Below, one piece after another: positions 51,955 through 62,013 of a stretch of DNA of 64,000 nt. The notes below the pieces were generated by a model. That model was given only the letters and a program-made list of their open reading frames with translations, was not told the origin of the DNA and searched no databases. The translations under genes were made by a program, and so were the position numbers. The DNA is taken from positions 736,001 through 800,000 of the forward strand of contig CAXWPH010000015.1 of assembly GCA_963666055.2 (NCBI GenBank). The letters are read 5' to 3'. This DNA is from Acidobacteriota bacterium (GTDB taxonomy: Bacteria > Acidobacteriota > UBA890 > WLXD01). The first letter of the stretch is position 1, and each line of letters begins with the position of its first letter.

Positions 51955-54753
51955 CAGGAGCCGCCCGTCGGCACGCGCTGCTTCAACTCCTCGAACCAAT
52001 TTAGGACCACGTTGAGTCGTGTGTTGGGTGCCGTTGCCTCAGTCTCATCACTACCAGCGGGCACCGTCACCAGGAACTTGTCGCCATCGGCGGTGACATC
52101 GAAGTTGCCAGTGCGACTTATGTCGATGTCCGAGACTTCGACAGGGTCGGATGCGGAAAACGACTCCACATCCACTTCCGCAACGAGGATGCCTGGACCT
52201 ACGCGGGATCGGTAGTAAATCTCCCTTCCATGCTGCGACCAGCGAGGGAAAAAACCACCACGGGGTACTCGTAGGCCGTCTTGTCTATCGTCGAAATGGC
52301 GCGCGACAGTGGGCACTGCACCGAACCGACGCAATCGAGACCGGAAATGTCCGACCGCTCGATACCTCCCGCACGTACACCTCATATTGCCCGGTCTCGT
52401 TTGACGAAAAGGCGAAAAAGCGACCGTCCGGCGAGAAACTGCCCCGTCGCTCATCGGCGGCGGTATCGGCGAGCATCTCCGGCTCCTGATCTGAATCGAG
52501 AGCCAGTAATCCCAAGTCGCGATTCGGGAAGACCCCGCTGTCAAACAGCAGCATCTCACCGTCGTCCGAGATCGATACTGGGGCCACGGGAGCCTCTGCA
52601 TCCAACACCAGCTCGGCGTCGAGACTCCGGTCAGCCCGGCGCTTCCAGATGTCGTTGTTGCCACCCCGATCCGACCTAAAGAAGACCCACTCTCCATCGG
52701 GCGACCAAACGGGCAATTGGTTGTTACCCTCCGTGGTCAGCAGCACCTGGCTGCCCCCTCGTTCGATCTCGTAGATCCAGATGTCCCAGTCCCCATCATC
52801 TCCCCGGATTTGGAGCGCGATGCGCTGGTCATCCGGCGAGAGGTCTAAGTACTGAGACCTACGCGGCTCGAAGGGCAGCGGCTCGATTTGGCCGTCACGT
52901 TCCACCCAGGCGAGTTGGAAAGCGCTCAAAGCGCTGCCACTTCTGATGTGATAGATGAGCATCCCGGTCTCGGAGAAGTCGAACGAGACCCCGCCTTGAG
53001 CGTTGGCGGCGAGGTTCTCGACGACGGGTATCGGCGGGCCGGTCGTCTCCAGGGTATCGAGGTCGAAGGGCACCGCGAACAACGCTCCAGCGTCTGAATA
53101 CACCAGATGGCCCGTCGGCACGTATCGGCCGTAGGTGCCGCCCTGGTGCACGACCTGGCGCTCGCCAACCTCGAGATCTACGACCTCGAGGTTGGCCCCG
53201 TCGAAGCCTCCGGTCCCGGCCGAAGTGAATAGCACGGCCTTGTCGCCGGGTAAGAACTGGGGCCAGCGGTGGCTGCGCTCGCCTTCGGAAAGCTCGGTGA
53301 GCGTTCCTGGCTCACCCTCGACAGCCGACACGACAAACAGGCCGCTGGTGCGGTTTGGTGTGAAGACGATCGTATCGTCGGGTCCCCAATCCGCACCTCG
53401 ACTCGCGTTCACCGGCGCGATCGACTGCGGGGTGCCTCCGGTTATGGACACCTTTTTCAGCTCCCTTGGGGTGACGAACCCTACCCACTGCCCGTCGGGC
53501 GAGAAGAATGGATGGTACGGCGAACCCTCGATGGTTGCCGACGACGCGAGTGTCGTCGAGTCCTCCTGGTCCAGAGCGCGAAGGTACAGCGCGCTTCCAT
53601 CGTTCGGGTCACCCTCGACGTAGGCAACGTGCCGTCCATCGGGCGATAGCACGACTGCGGAGCCGTTCCTACTCATGATCGTGTCGACGCGGGGGTCGAG
53701 CTGCACGCGGATGGTGCTTCCGGGCTCCTCGGGCTCCGGCTGCATTGCCCACCAGGTGGCAAGAACCGCCACCAGCATGAGCGCGGCAACCACAGGGGCG
53801 GCCAGCTTCAACGAGATGCCGCGAGCCGTTTCCACGGCGCTTGGAGCGATGGCCATCTCGCCGCTTCCAGTCAGGACCGCCACACCCGCTGCGATGTCAT
53901 CGTGGAGTTGGCGAAGGTCAGCTCCGAGATCGCCCGCTGTGTGGTAGCGACGGTTCACGTCCTTCGCCAGCGCCTTGTCGATGATCCATTCGAGCTTCAA
54001 CGGCAAATCATCACGGATCTCGTGAACCGCCTGCGGAGTCTTGCTGATGATCTGGCTGAGCGTCTCGTGAATGTTGCCGCCCGCAAACGCCCGCCGTCCT
54101 GTGACCATCTCGTAGAACACCGCACCAAAGGCAAACAGGTCGGCCCGATGGTCGATCTTGTCGGAGCCCTCAACCTGCTCCGGGGCCATGTAGCCGGCAG
54201 TACCCATCACCTGACCAGCAACCGTCCCCATCATCGTCGGTGACTGCGTTGCACCGCCCGGCGAGCCTGCCCCCGCCACCTCGGTGAGCTTCGCCAACCC
54301 GAAGTCCAGCACCTTGGCGTGGCCCTCCTTGGTGACGAAGATGTTCTCCGGCTTCAAATCCCGGTGGATGATCCCGGCGGCATGTGCCGCTGCCAGCGCC
54401 TCGGCAATCTCGGTGGCCAATCCGAGCGCCTTCTTGAGCGGTAGCGCACCCTTCTGTAGCGGCACCCGAAGCGTGTCTCCCTCCAGGTACTCCTGCACCA
54501 TGAAGTGGGTGCCGTCCTCGGTTCCGACATCGAAGACCGAGGCGATGTGAGGATGGTTCAGGGCGGCAGCAGCACGAGCCTCCTGCTCGAAGCGGGCGAG
54601 GCGCTCGGGGTCAGAGGAAAACTCGGCGGGCAGCACCTTGATGGCCACCTTGCGGCCCAGGCGTGTGTCCTGAGCCAGGTACACCTCTCCCATGCCGCCA
54701 GCACCGAGCTGCTCGGTGATCTCGTAGGGGCCTAGTTTGGTGCCTGGTTCCAT
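51954..54753 (-). CDS. Hanks-type Ser/Thr kinase with TM and TolB/PD40 beta-propeller, disrupted near 52265-52333
   Basis: [29 protein letters not shown] and SPDG repeats. The C-terminal VVLNWFEEL is in a shifted frame. Confidence 0.9.
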
Positions 54754-54822
54754 CGCGCTACCGCAGTAGGGTGGATGAGCGCCTGAAGCCTATCGCCGGA
54801 GCGTGCGAGGGTCCAAGGGAGA
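54739..54822. repeat. 84-bp direct repeat (kinase start plus upstream region), copy A; copy B is at 60509-60592
   Basis: Shared GGTTCCAT..GCGCT..AGGGTGG.TGAGCGCCTGAAGCCTATCG..GGAGC.TGCG...TCCAAGGGAGA. Confidence 0.82.
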
Positions 54823-55020
54823 CGCCGGAATGCCGCCGCTCAGCGCCTTTCTAACGTCCACCGTAGCCCAGCCCACCCCAAGTGCCGGTCAGGTTGTCGG
54901 CGGCCCGTAGCGGGGCCTTCTCGGGGCTCCTAAACAGACATATGACTGGTGTCTGTCCCGGCACTACGGACGAGCGGAATCGAAGGTCGCTGGGCGCTTC
55001 GCGAGACTCGGCTGAGCGCG

Positions 55021-55100
55021 CTACGGGTCCGTCGGCACGAGCCGCTCTAGCTCGTCGAACCAGTTGAGGACGGCGTTCAGCTCGTTACTGGGGCCATCGC
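55021..55100 (-). pseudogene. 3' fragment of another kinase-TolB gene
   Basis: NELNAVLNWFDELERLVPTDP*, paralogous to [18 protein letters not shown]. Confidence 0.78.
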
Positions 55101-55103
55101 CGA

Positions 55104-58100
55104 CTACCAGTTGAGCGATCGGGTGACCTTCAGAGTCAGTGAGCGGTCGTGGCGGCCGAACCGGAAGCCGTCATATTCACCCGCTTGGCGATAGACAAGA
55201 TAGATGTCGTCGCCGACGCGATAGATGTAGCGCAGCCGCGCGAAGATCGACAGCGAGTCCGACTGACTGTTGTACTGAACCATAGCGTCGGTGAGCCACC
55301 GGTCAGAAAAGCTGTAGTTGGCGTCGGCATTGAGCACGTTGGTCGTGAAGCTCCCCCCGGGCAGCTCGACCCGGTTGTAGCTGAAGCTCGGCGAGATGCG
55401 GAACCGCTCGTTGAACCTGAACGATACACGCGGCTCGATGGTGACGACATCGCCGTCGTAGATCTCACCGATGCGCCCGCTGACGCTGGCGCTAAATGCG
55501 CGGCCGCCATACGTGGACAGGAAGAAGAACAAGTAGCGGAAGTCGTAATCCCCGGGCGGGATGGTCACGTCTGGATGGATCTGGAAGGGGAGGTCCAGTC
55601 GATCGAAGTTATCGACGAAGAAGGTGCCGAAACTGTCCCCAGACTCGAGGTTGATGACCGACGCCACCCACCGCTGCCCGCTGACCAACGTGCCGGATGT
55701 GTCGTGGAAGGTCGTGTCGGCGACGTTGAAGTTCACCTGCCGGAGCCATGGAACGCTCGGTCGAGGCTTCCACGAGCCCCGGTAGGCTCGACGAATGATG
55801 TCCTCCCGCAGGACGAAGCCCAGATCGCTTCGGAAGTCGGGGTCGATGCGCATCACGTCGAAGCTGGCCTCCCACAGGTCGCTCTCCCACCCCACCCGGA
55901 ACTGGCCGGCGAGCTTACCTTCGTCGAGCTCGTCGTCGGTAGCACGGGCGCCGAACGCCGAGATGTTGAGGTTATCGAAGAACGTGAAGTTGGCGTCGGC
56001 TGCGACGACCGTGTTGATGGCGCCGTCGGGCCTCTGGACGTTGGTCACCAAGGCTCCGACGCTGGAACGGGCCAGTACGTCCTGTCGCCAGCGAAACGCG
56101 CTGTAGTTGTGTCCGCCGCCGATCGTTGCGTCGCTGGTCTGCACGTGCAACAGGCCGAGGTTGCCGGCACCGACCTTGCCGGTCACCCGACCGCCAAAGT
56201 CGATCGGAATCGGCACGCCGTCATCCGACAGCCCGATGTTGCGCGAGTGGAAGAGATTTAGAATAGGCGGGTCGGAAGTGTCGAAGCCGCTGCGCTGCTG
56301 GCCGAAGCTGAAGTTGTTGGCGGCCTCGAGGAAGAAGTCGCGCTTTTCCGGAAAGAACAGCGAGAAGCGCGTCAGGTTCACGCGCTGCTGATCGAGCTCG
56401 ACCTGGGCGAAATCGGTCTTGTAGGTGAGATCGGCCGTGAGGTTCGAGGTCAGTTGCACCTTGAACACGTCGATGCCGAGTTGGTTGGTGACGTCGGATT
56501 GCCGTCCGGGGTCCTGGAACACCGACGTCGCGCCGCCCAGGAAATACGGCTTGAGGCGGAAGCGCTGCGTGACCGAAAGGTTCTCAAAGCCGCGCAGGTC
56601 ACCGGCCTGCGAGACGGCGATGAACTCGTAATCGCGTCGGTAATTGCTCCATATCGCCTGTTCGTTCTTGCGCCGGATCTGCCGTTCGAAGTCGACTCCC
56701 CAGTCGGCAACGCCGGAGGAGAACCTCAGGATCGATAGCGGGATCACGAGCTCGGCCTCCCAGCCGCGCGCGGTGATTTGCGCAGCCGCGCGCCACGCCT
56801 CGTCCCAGTCGGTATTGAGCTCGCTCTCGTTCCTGATCAGCGCATCGTGCCGGGTGCCCAGTGCGTTGACCGTGAACTGAAAGGCGCTGCGGCCGTCGTG
56901 GAAGGTGTCGAACAGGATGGTGAAGGTGTCGTCGGACCCCCCCCCTGCGTCCACCGAGCTCGTCGCGTCGCAACTCGGTCGCGAGGATGGCGCCCGGGTT
57001 GCTGTCGTAGGCGATGACGCCGACGTAGACGTTCTTGTCGTCGTAGAGAATGCGCACCTCGGTGCGCTCGGTTGCGGGCTGTCCCTCGTTGGGCTCACGC
57101 TGAAGAAAGTCGCTGGCGACGTCGGCGCCATCCCAGCTGGCCTCGTTCACCAGCCCGTCGAGCACCGGTACTTCCGGCGCGCGCCCGACCACCATGCTGG
57201 GTGCGACGCCGGGGGCTCGTATGGTGCGCGGCGCTGCCGGCACCTCGGTCGTAGCGGCGGCACCAGGCGTTCTCGGCGGCGGGTTGGCGGTTCCAGACAG
57301 CTCCGGCGGCGCGAGCGGCACGACGACGATCTGCACACGGCCCGAGGAACCACGTCTCGATGGTGTCACCATCTTGAAGTCCTCGATGCCGAACGCGGCA
57401 GAGCTCTCCGAGATCGGCACCTCCCGCTGCTGGAAGGAATCGTATCCACCGAGCACATAGGGCTTGAGGCGAAAGCGCCCCGTTAATCGCAGGTCTACCA
57501 GGCCCTGCAACTGGCCCGCCTGGGAGATCGTCGTGAACTCGTAGTCCTGGCCGTAGTTGCTCCAGACGACCTCCTCGTTCTTGCGACGAATCTGGCGCCG
57601 AAAGTCGATCCCCCATATCGGATTGCCCTGCGCATAACGCAAGCTGGCCCAGGGAATGCTCATCTCGGCCTCCCATCCCCGGTCGGTGATCTGGGCTGCC
57701 GCCTCCCAGCGCTCATCCCAATCCTGATTGACCTCGCGCTCGTTTCGCACCGTCGCATCGCTGCGCGTACCCAACGCGTTGACGGTGAACACGAAGGCGT
57801 TGCGATGATCGTGAAAGGTGTCCAGGATCACGCTGACGGTGTCGTCGGATAGTCCGGCCGCTGCGGCTCCGGCACCGCCCCCACCCGTACCTCTGCCCGG
57901 CCGCCGGGTGCGAAGCCGGAGGCTGTCGCGTCGCAGTTGGGTGGCGCGAATCCCGCTCGGGTCGCTATCGAAGAGAACGAACCCGAAGTAGAGGTTGTCG
58001 TCGTCGTAGAGGATGCGAACCTCGGTTCTCTCGGATGCCGGCGCTCCCTCGATCGGCTCCCGCTGACGGAATTCGGAGGCCGCGATCGCTTCGGTCCAGA

Positions 58101-58410
58101 CCTGGTCGTCGAGGCGACCGTCGAGCGTCGGCGCGACGGTTACCCGGGTTGCAGCGATGGACTTCTCCAGGTCAACGGTGCCCGGCACCTGTACCCCCGC
58201 CGCGACCCCTCCATCGGCTGCCTGGGCCATTGGGATCCACGCTGCCGGCAGCAGCGCACAGGTCGCCACCAACAGGCGCGCGAGGCGCGTAGGCACAGCA
58301 CCGCCGTGTTCCAAGGGGCCTGTTGTCACGGGCGCTCCAATCTCTGGAGATCCACAATTGCTTTCGGTAAGCAGATCCCCCGAAGCGGTATTCTTACCAG
58401 ATCGCCGCAC
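55104..58410 (-). pseudogene. CBM9-like/DUF5916 outer-membrane protein(s): a truncated paralog fused to a second copy, with a frameshift at poly-C near 56940
   Basis: The block LDG..W..QREP.EG.PA.ERTEVRILYDD.N.Y / DTFHD / RFRLKPY.LGG occurs twice. TDFAQVE and LFFPEKRDFFLE occur once. Confidence 0.75.
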
Positions 58411-58562
58411 GCTGACCAGTCCACACAGGTCCTTGCTACCGGCCGGCGCTCGCTAGTTGGCTTCCACTACGTGGAGCGTCAACGACCGGACCGCCTGCTC
58501 GTCGGCGATCGTATCTATGATCTACAACTCGACCAGGTACTCATCGAGGTCGAGATACGTCA

Positions 58563-60380
58563 TCACTTCAACGAGTCGAGAAACGCCATGATCTTCAGCA
58601 TCTCGTCGAGGGTGATGCGGCCGGCGGCGGGCTGCATCGCGCCCACCCCGCCGGCGTAGATCACCTCGAACATCCCGACGTCCGTGGAGACGCGCGCGTG
58701 AGTGTATTGATCGTCGACGAGGCTCGACCCGATGCGGCCGGTACCATCCTCCAGGTGACAGGAGGCGCACTCCTGGAGATAGGTCGTCCTTCCCTCGCCG
58801 ACGGCCGTCGCATTCCCGTTGTAGGGATTCAGCCCGGAATCCCGGAACTGCCGGACCGTCGCGGACAGGCTTGCCTCCGGCTCGCTGTTGAAATCCAGCG
58901 GCGTGTCATCCAAGGCGTTCCGAAACACCAGGGGACCGCCGCCCGCCACTGCGCCCGTCGAATCCCCGGTGACCACTCTTGCGACCTCGGTGCCGGGCCC
59001 GACTTCGCTCGAAGGGACGATGCGCCAGAGCGAGCCCGGCGGATTCGCGGCGGGACCGCGGTCCGACGTGTAGAAGCAGTTGCAGTTGACGGCGAGGACG
59101 AACCCGTCTTCGTCATAGCCGCCGGCGGTGAACTGCAGGTTCGTCTGCAGGAGCTCCTCCAGCTGCCAACGCGCGCCGTCCCATCCAAGACCGAAGAGCC
59201 GCCCCGAGCACCAGTCCCCTACCAGATAGACGCCGTTCATTCCGCCGTAATTCGCCACCCCCAGTCCCTGCACCGAGCAGCCAAAGCCTCCCGTGAGCGG
59301 CGCTGCGCCCGGGTAAGGGACTTCGTGCGGATACTCCGCTGCCGGCAGCAATCCCACCTGCGGGCATTGGTCGGAAGGGCCCGTCATTGGGTAGCACTTC
59401 GTTCCGTTCATCCTCGGCCAGCCGTAGTTTTCTCCTCCACGGCTCGCTGAGGGCTGGAAGATGATTTCCTCCCAGTGGTTCTGTCCGACGTCGGCGATGT
59501 ACAGATCGCCCGTCTTCAGGTCGAAGGAAAACTCGTAAGGATTGCGCACGCCGTAAGCCCAGATTTCCGGGCGCGACCTCGTCTTGATCTTCGAGAAATC
59601 GAGCTCCGAAATTCCGAAAAGCTGCATCAGCCGCTCGTCACTGGCGCTGGCTAGGGGGTTCGTCTCGGGAATTCTGTAGGGGATGCGATCGTTGTCGGAG
59701 GTGTCGACGTCGATCCTGATCATCTTGCCGAGCAGCGTCGAGAGATCCTGCCCAGCCTCCAGTGGATCACCTTCCCAACCGCCGTCCCCGGACCCGATGT
59801 AGAGATAGCCGTCGGGACCGAACTCGATCTGCCCGCCGTTGTGGTTGTAGTAGGGCTGCTCGATCCGCATCAGGACCTTCGCGGTCTGGCGTGTGCGCTC
59901 CGCCGTCACGATGTCCGGGCTCTCGGGGTCGACCTGGAAACGCACGATCATCCCGTCTCCGTTGAACGGCAGCGACGCGTAGTGCGCATAGAAATACCCG
60001 TTCTCCCTGAAACTGGGATGGAACGCGATCGCGTAAAGCCCCTGCTCGACGAAGCCCGTTTGCACGTCGCTCCCCAGGGGATTGATGTTGGTGAGATCGA
60101 GAAACGGCTCCTTCTGCACTCGCCCGTCCCGGTGGACGATCCGGACCCGGCCGGCGCGCTCGACCACGAAGATCCGGCCGGTGCCGTCCCCGGCGCTGGC
60201 AACATTGGTCGGATCCCGAAAGCCGTCCGCGATCTTGACGAGCGAGATCTGGACGTTGCCCGGCAGCTTCCCTCCGGGCCGGGCGACCTGCCCGGGCGTC
60301 GCGGGCATGCGGGGCTGCTGCGCCACAACGGCAGAAACCGGCAAAAGAAGTATCACGGTCAGGATCCGAATCGTCTTCAT
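58563..60380 (-). CDS. PQQ-dependent sugar (glucose/sorbosone) dehydrogenase family protein fused to a C-terminal cytochrome c
   Basis: NHNGGQIEFGPDGYLYIGSGDGG, YGVRNP and DVGQNHWEE, then LNPY...CASCH...GAMQP. Confidence 0.87.
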   Translation of the reverse strand: MKTIRILTVILLLPVSAVVAQQPRMPATPGQVARPGGKLPGNVQISLVKIADGFRDPTNVASAGDGTGRIFVVERAGRVRIVHRDGRVQKEPFLDLTNINPLGSDVQTGFVEQGLYAIAFHPSFRENGYFYAHYASLPFNGDGMIVRFQVDPESPDIVTAERTRQTAKVLMRIEQPYYNHNGGQIEFGPDGYLYIGSGDGGWEGDPLEAGQDLSTLLGKMIRIDVDTSDNDRIPYRIPETNPLASASDERLMQLFGISELDFSKIKTRSRPEIWAYGVRNPYEFSFDLKTGDLYIADVGQNHWEEIIFQPSASRGGENYGWPRMNGTKCYPMTGPSDQCPQVGLLPAAEYPHEVPYPGAAPLTGGFGCSVQGLGVANYGGMNGVYLVGDWCSGRLFGLGWDGARWQLEELLQTNLQFTAGGYDEDGFVLAVNCNCFYTSDRGPAANPPGSLWRIVPSSEVGPGTEVARVVTGDSTGAVAGGGPLVFRNALDDTPLDFNSEPEASLSATVRQFRDSGLNPYNGNATAVGEGRTTYLQECASCHLEDGTGRIGSSLVDDQYTHARVSTDVGMFEVIYAGGVGAMQPAAGRITLDEMLKIMAFLDSLK

Positions 60381-60395
60381 AGTCACCTCGTTGTT

Positions 60396-60506
60396 CTCCG
60401 GTGGACGGCGGTCACGAACCTACTCGGAGCCGGCGTACCAGGCACCGTGGCGATGAAGATCACAGGGCACAAGACGCGAAACGTCTTCGACAGGTGCGCG
60501 ATCGCG
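60396..60506 (+). pseudogene. Tyrosine recombinase C-terminal (box II) scar
   Basis: LRWTAVTNLLGAGVPGTVAMKITGHKTRNVFDRCAI, with the catalytic Tyr position read as Cys. Confidence 0.75.
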
Positions 60507-60508
60507 AA

Positions 60509-60592
60509 GGTACCGGGTTCCATGGCGCTCCCGAGGCAGGGTGGGTGAGCGCCTGAAGCCTATCGTTGGAGCTTGCGTGGATCCAAGGGAGA
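60509..60592. repeat. 84-bp direct repeat copy B, containing an orphan kinase start (MEPGT, minus strand, ATG at 60523)
   Basis: Colinear match to 54739-54822. Confidence 0.82.
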
Positions 60593-60700
60593 AGCGAGGA
60601 CGGCGAGCAACACTCGGCCCAGGGCGCACGGACCTGCGGCGAGACAGTAGCCAGCTGAGTCAACCGGGCTCCAGGCCCCGACTCGTCGCAACCAGGCGCA

Positions 60701-60725
60701 CCAGACTTCCCCCACGGCCTGCTAG
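60701..60725. repeat. Degenerate MITE right end
   Basis: CCAGACTTCCCCCACGGCCTGCTAG. Confidence 0.55.
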
Positions 60726-60739
60726 CCAGGATCGGCAGC

Positions 60740-61693
60740 CTACTCCGACGCCGAGTGCGCCATGCTCGCAGCCACCAGGTCGGTTAATGCCTGGCCGATG
60801 GCTTTGAATACGGTGATCTCTTTGTCGTCGGTTCGCAGCGTGGCCTTGCCCGAACACATTTCGGACAGCTCGGCAACAACGTCTCCCTTCGTGAAGACGC
60901 CCTCTTGGATGGGCACCAGAATCTCACCGGCTTCCTTGAAGGCGTTGACGTAGCTGTCCACGTAAACGCGGCTCTTGGTGATCACTTCGGTGTCACATTC
61001 CCGCTTGTCGGCGTGGTGGTTGCCGATGAAATCTAGGTGCGTGCCGTCTTTGATCCAGGCACCCCTGACCAAGATGTCGGGAGAAGAGGTGGCGCTAACG
61101 ATGATGTCGGCTTCGCCGCAGGCGGCCTCGAGATCCGTGATGACGGAGAAATCGATGTCGGGCAGCTCTGCCGACGCTCGTGCGACGAGAGCTTCGGCAT
61201 CAGCCACCGGGGGCATGCCATCGGGGTTTCCCCAGACCATGATTTTCTCGAGGGGTCGCACCGAGGCATTGGCCCGGATCATGTAGGTAGACAGGTTGCC
61301 GGTGCCCAATAGCAACATGGTGGAAGAGTCCTCACGACTCAGCAACCGTGTGGCCAAGCCCGAAACGCCGCCGGTGCGCCAGAAGGTACACGTGGCGCCG
61401 TCCACTAGTGCCAAAGGCTCGCCGTGGGGCCGGTCGAAGATCATGATCTTGGAGTAGAGAAGATCGTAAGGCGGCGAGTTGCTGGGGAAATAGGTGAACG
61501 CCTTGATGGCGATGATCTTGTCGTTCCAGGCGGGCAGCAACGCAAAGGCGTCGAAGTTGTCGTCGGCGTCATCGAGCAAGAAGACCTGGCGCGGCGGCTG
61601 CTTGTAGTCCTTGCCGAAAGCGTCTTGTAGAGCGTCGACCAACTCGGGATAGCTGAGTGCGGCGTGTACCTGGTCCGCGCTGATGATCTTCAT
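60740..61693 (-). CDS. Ornithine cyclodeaminase/mu-crystallin family protein (possibly pyrroline-2-carboxylate reductase)
   Basis: LLPAW, TFWRT, LGTG, ADIIVSAT, EAGE and ITVFKAIG. Confidence 0.88.
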   Translation of the reverse strand: MKIISADQVHAALSYPELVDALQDAFGKDYKQPPRQVFLLDDADDNFDAFALLPAWNDKIIAIKAFTYFPSNSPPYDLLYSKIMIFDRPHGEPLALVDGATCTFWRTGGVSGLATRLLSREDSSTMLLLGTGNLSTYMIRANASVRPLEKIMVWGNPDGMPPVADAEALVARASAELPDIDFSVITDLEAACGEADIIVSATSSPDILVRGAWIKDGTHLDFIGNHHADKRECDTEVITKSRVYVDSYVNAFKEAGEILVPIQEGVFTKGDVVAELSEMCSGKATLRTDDKEITVFKAIGQALTDLVAASMAHSASE

Positions 61694-62013
61694 GTTGCGA
61701 GCCTCTGCTGAGAGTTGTTGTGAGTGCGATTTCGTCAGGCAGCATCGAGCGCTAGCCCAGGGTTCAATCCCGATCGAGATACTGTCAAGTTAGCTCGCAA
61801 TCGGCAACAAGCGTGTGATCGCTGAATCCCGAGGTACTTGACGTGCGGGCAGCGACGGCAAACTCACCAGCGGCACGCGAAGGCCGCTCGTGTCCTCCAG
61901 TAACTCACCAGGGAGATCGATTTTGCTTTCGCTAAAGTAACTAATTGTATCTAATACTAGCCAAAGAGAACGTAAAAAACGTTGAGACAACCAATAATGT
62001 TTTTAAAACTCGC

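Noticed and set aside
60396-60506. Tyrosine recombinase fragment as the integron integrase of the array
   Set aside because: The motif (AMKITGHKT..VFDR) is of the phage/ICE integrase type rather than IntI (QELLGH.DV.TT.IYTH). It is only about 37 codons long and lies at the distal end of the array.
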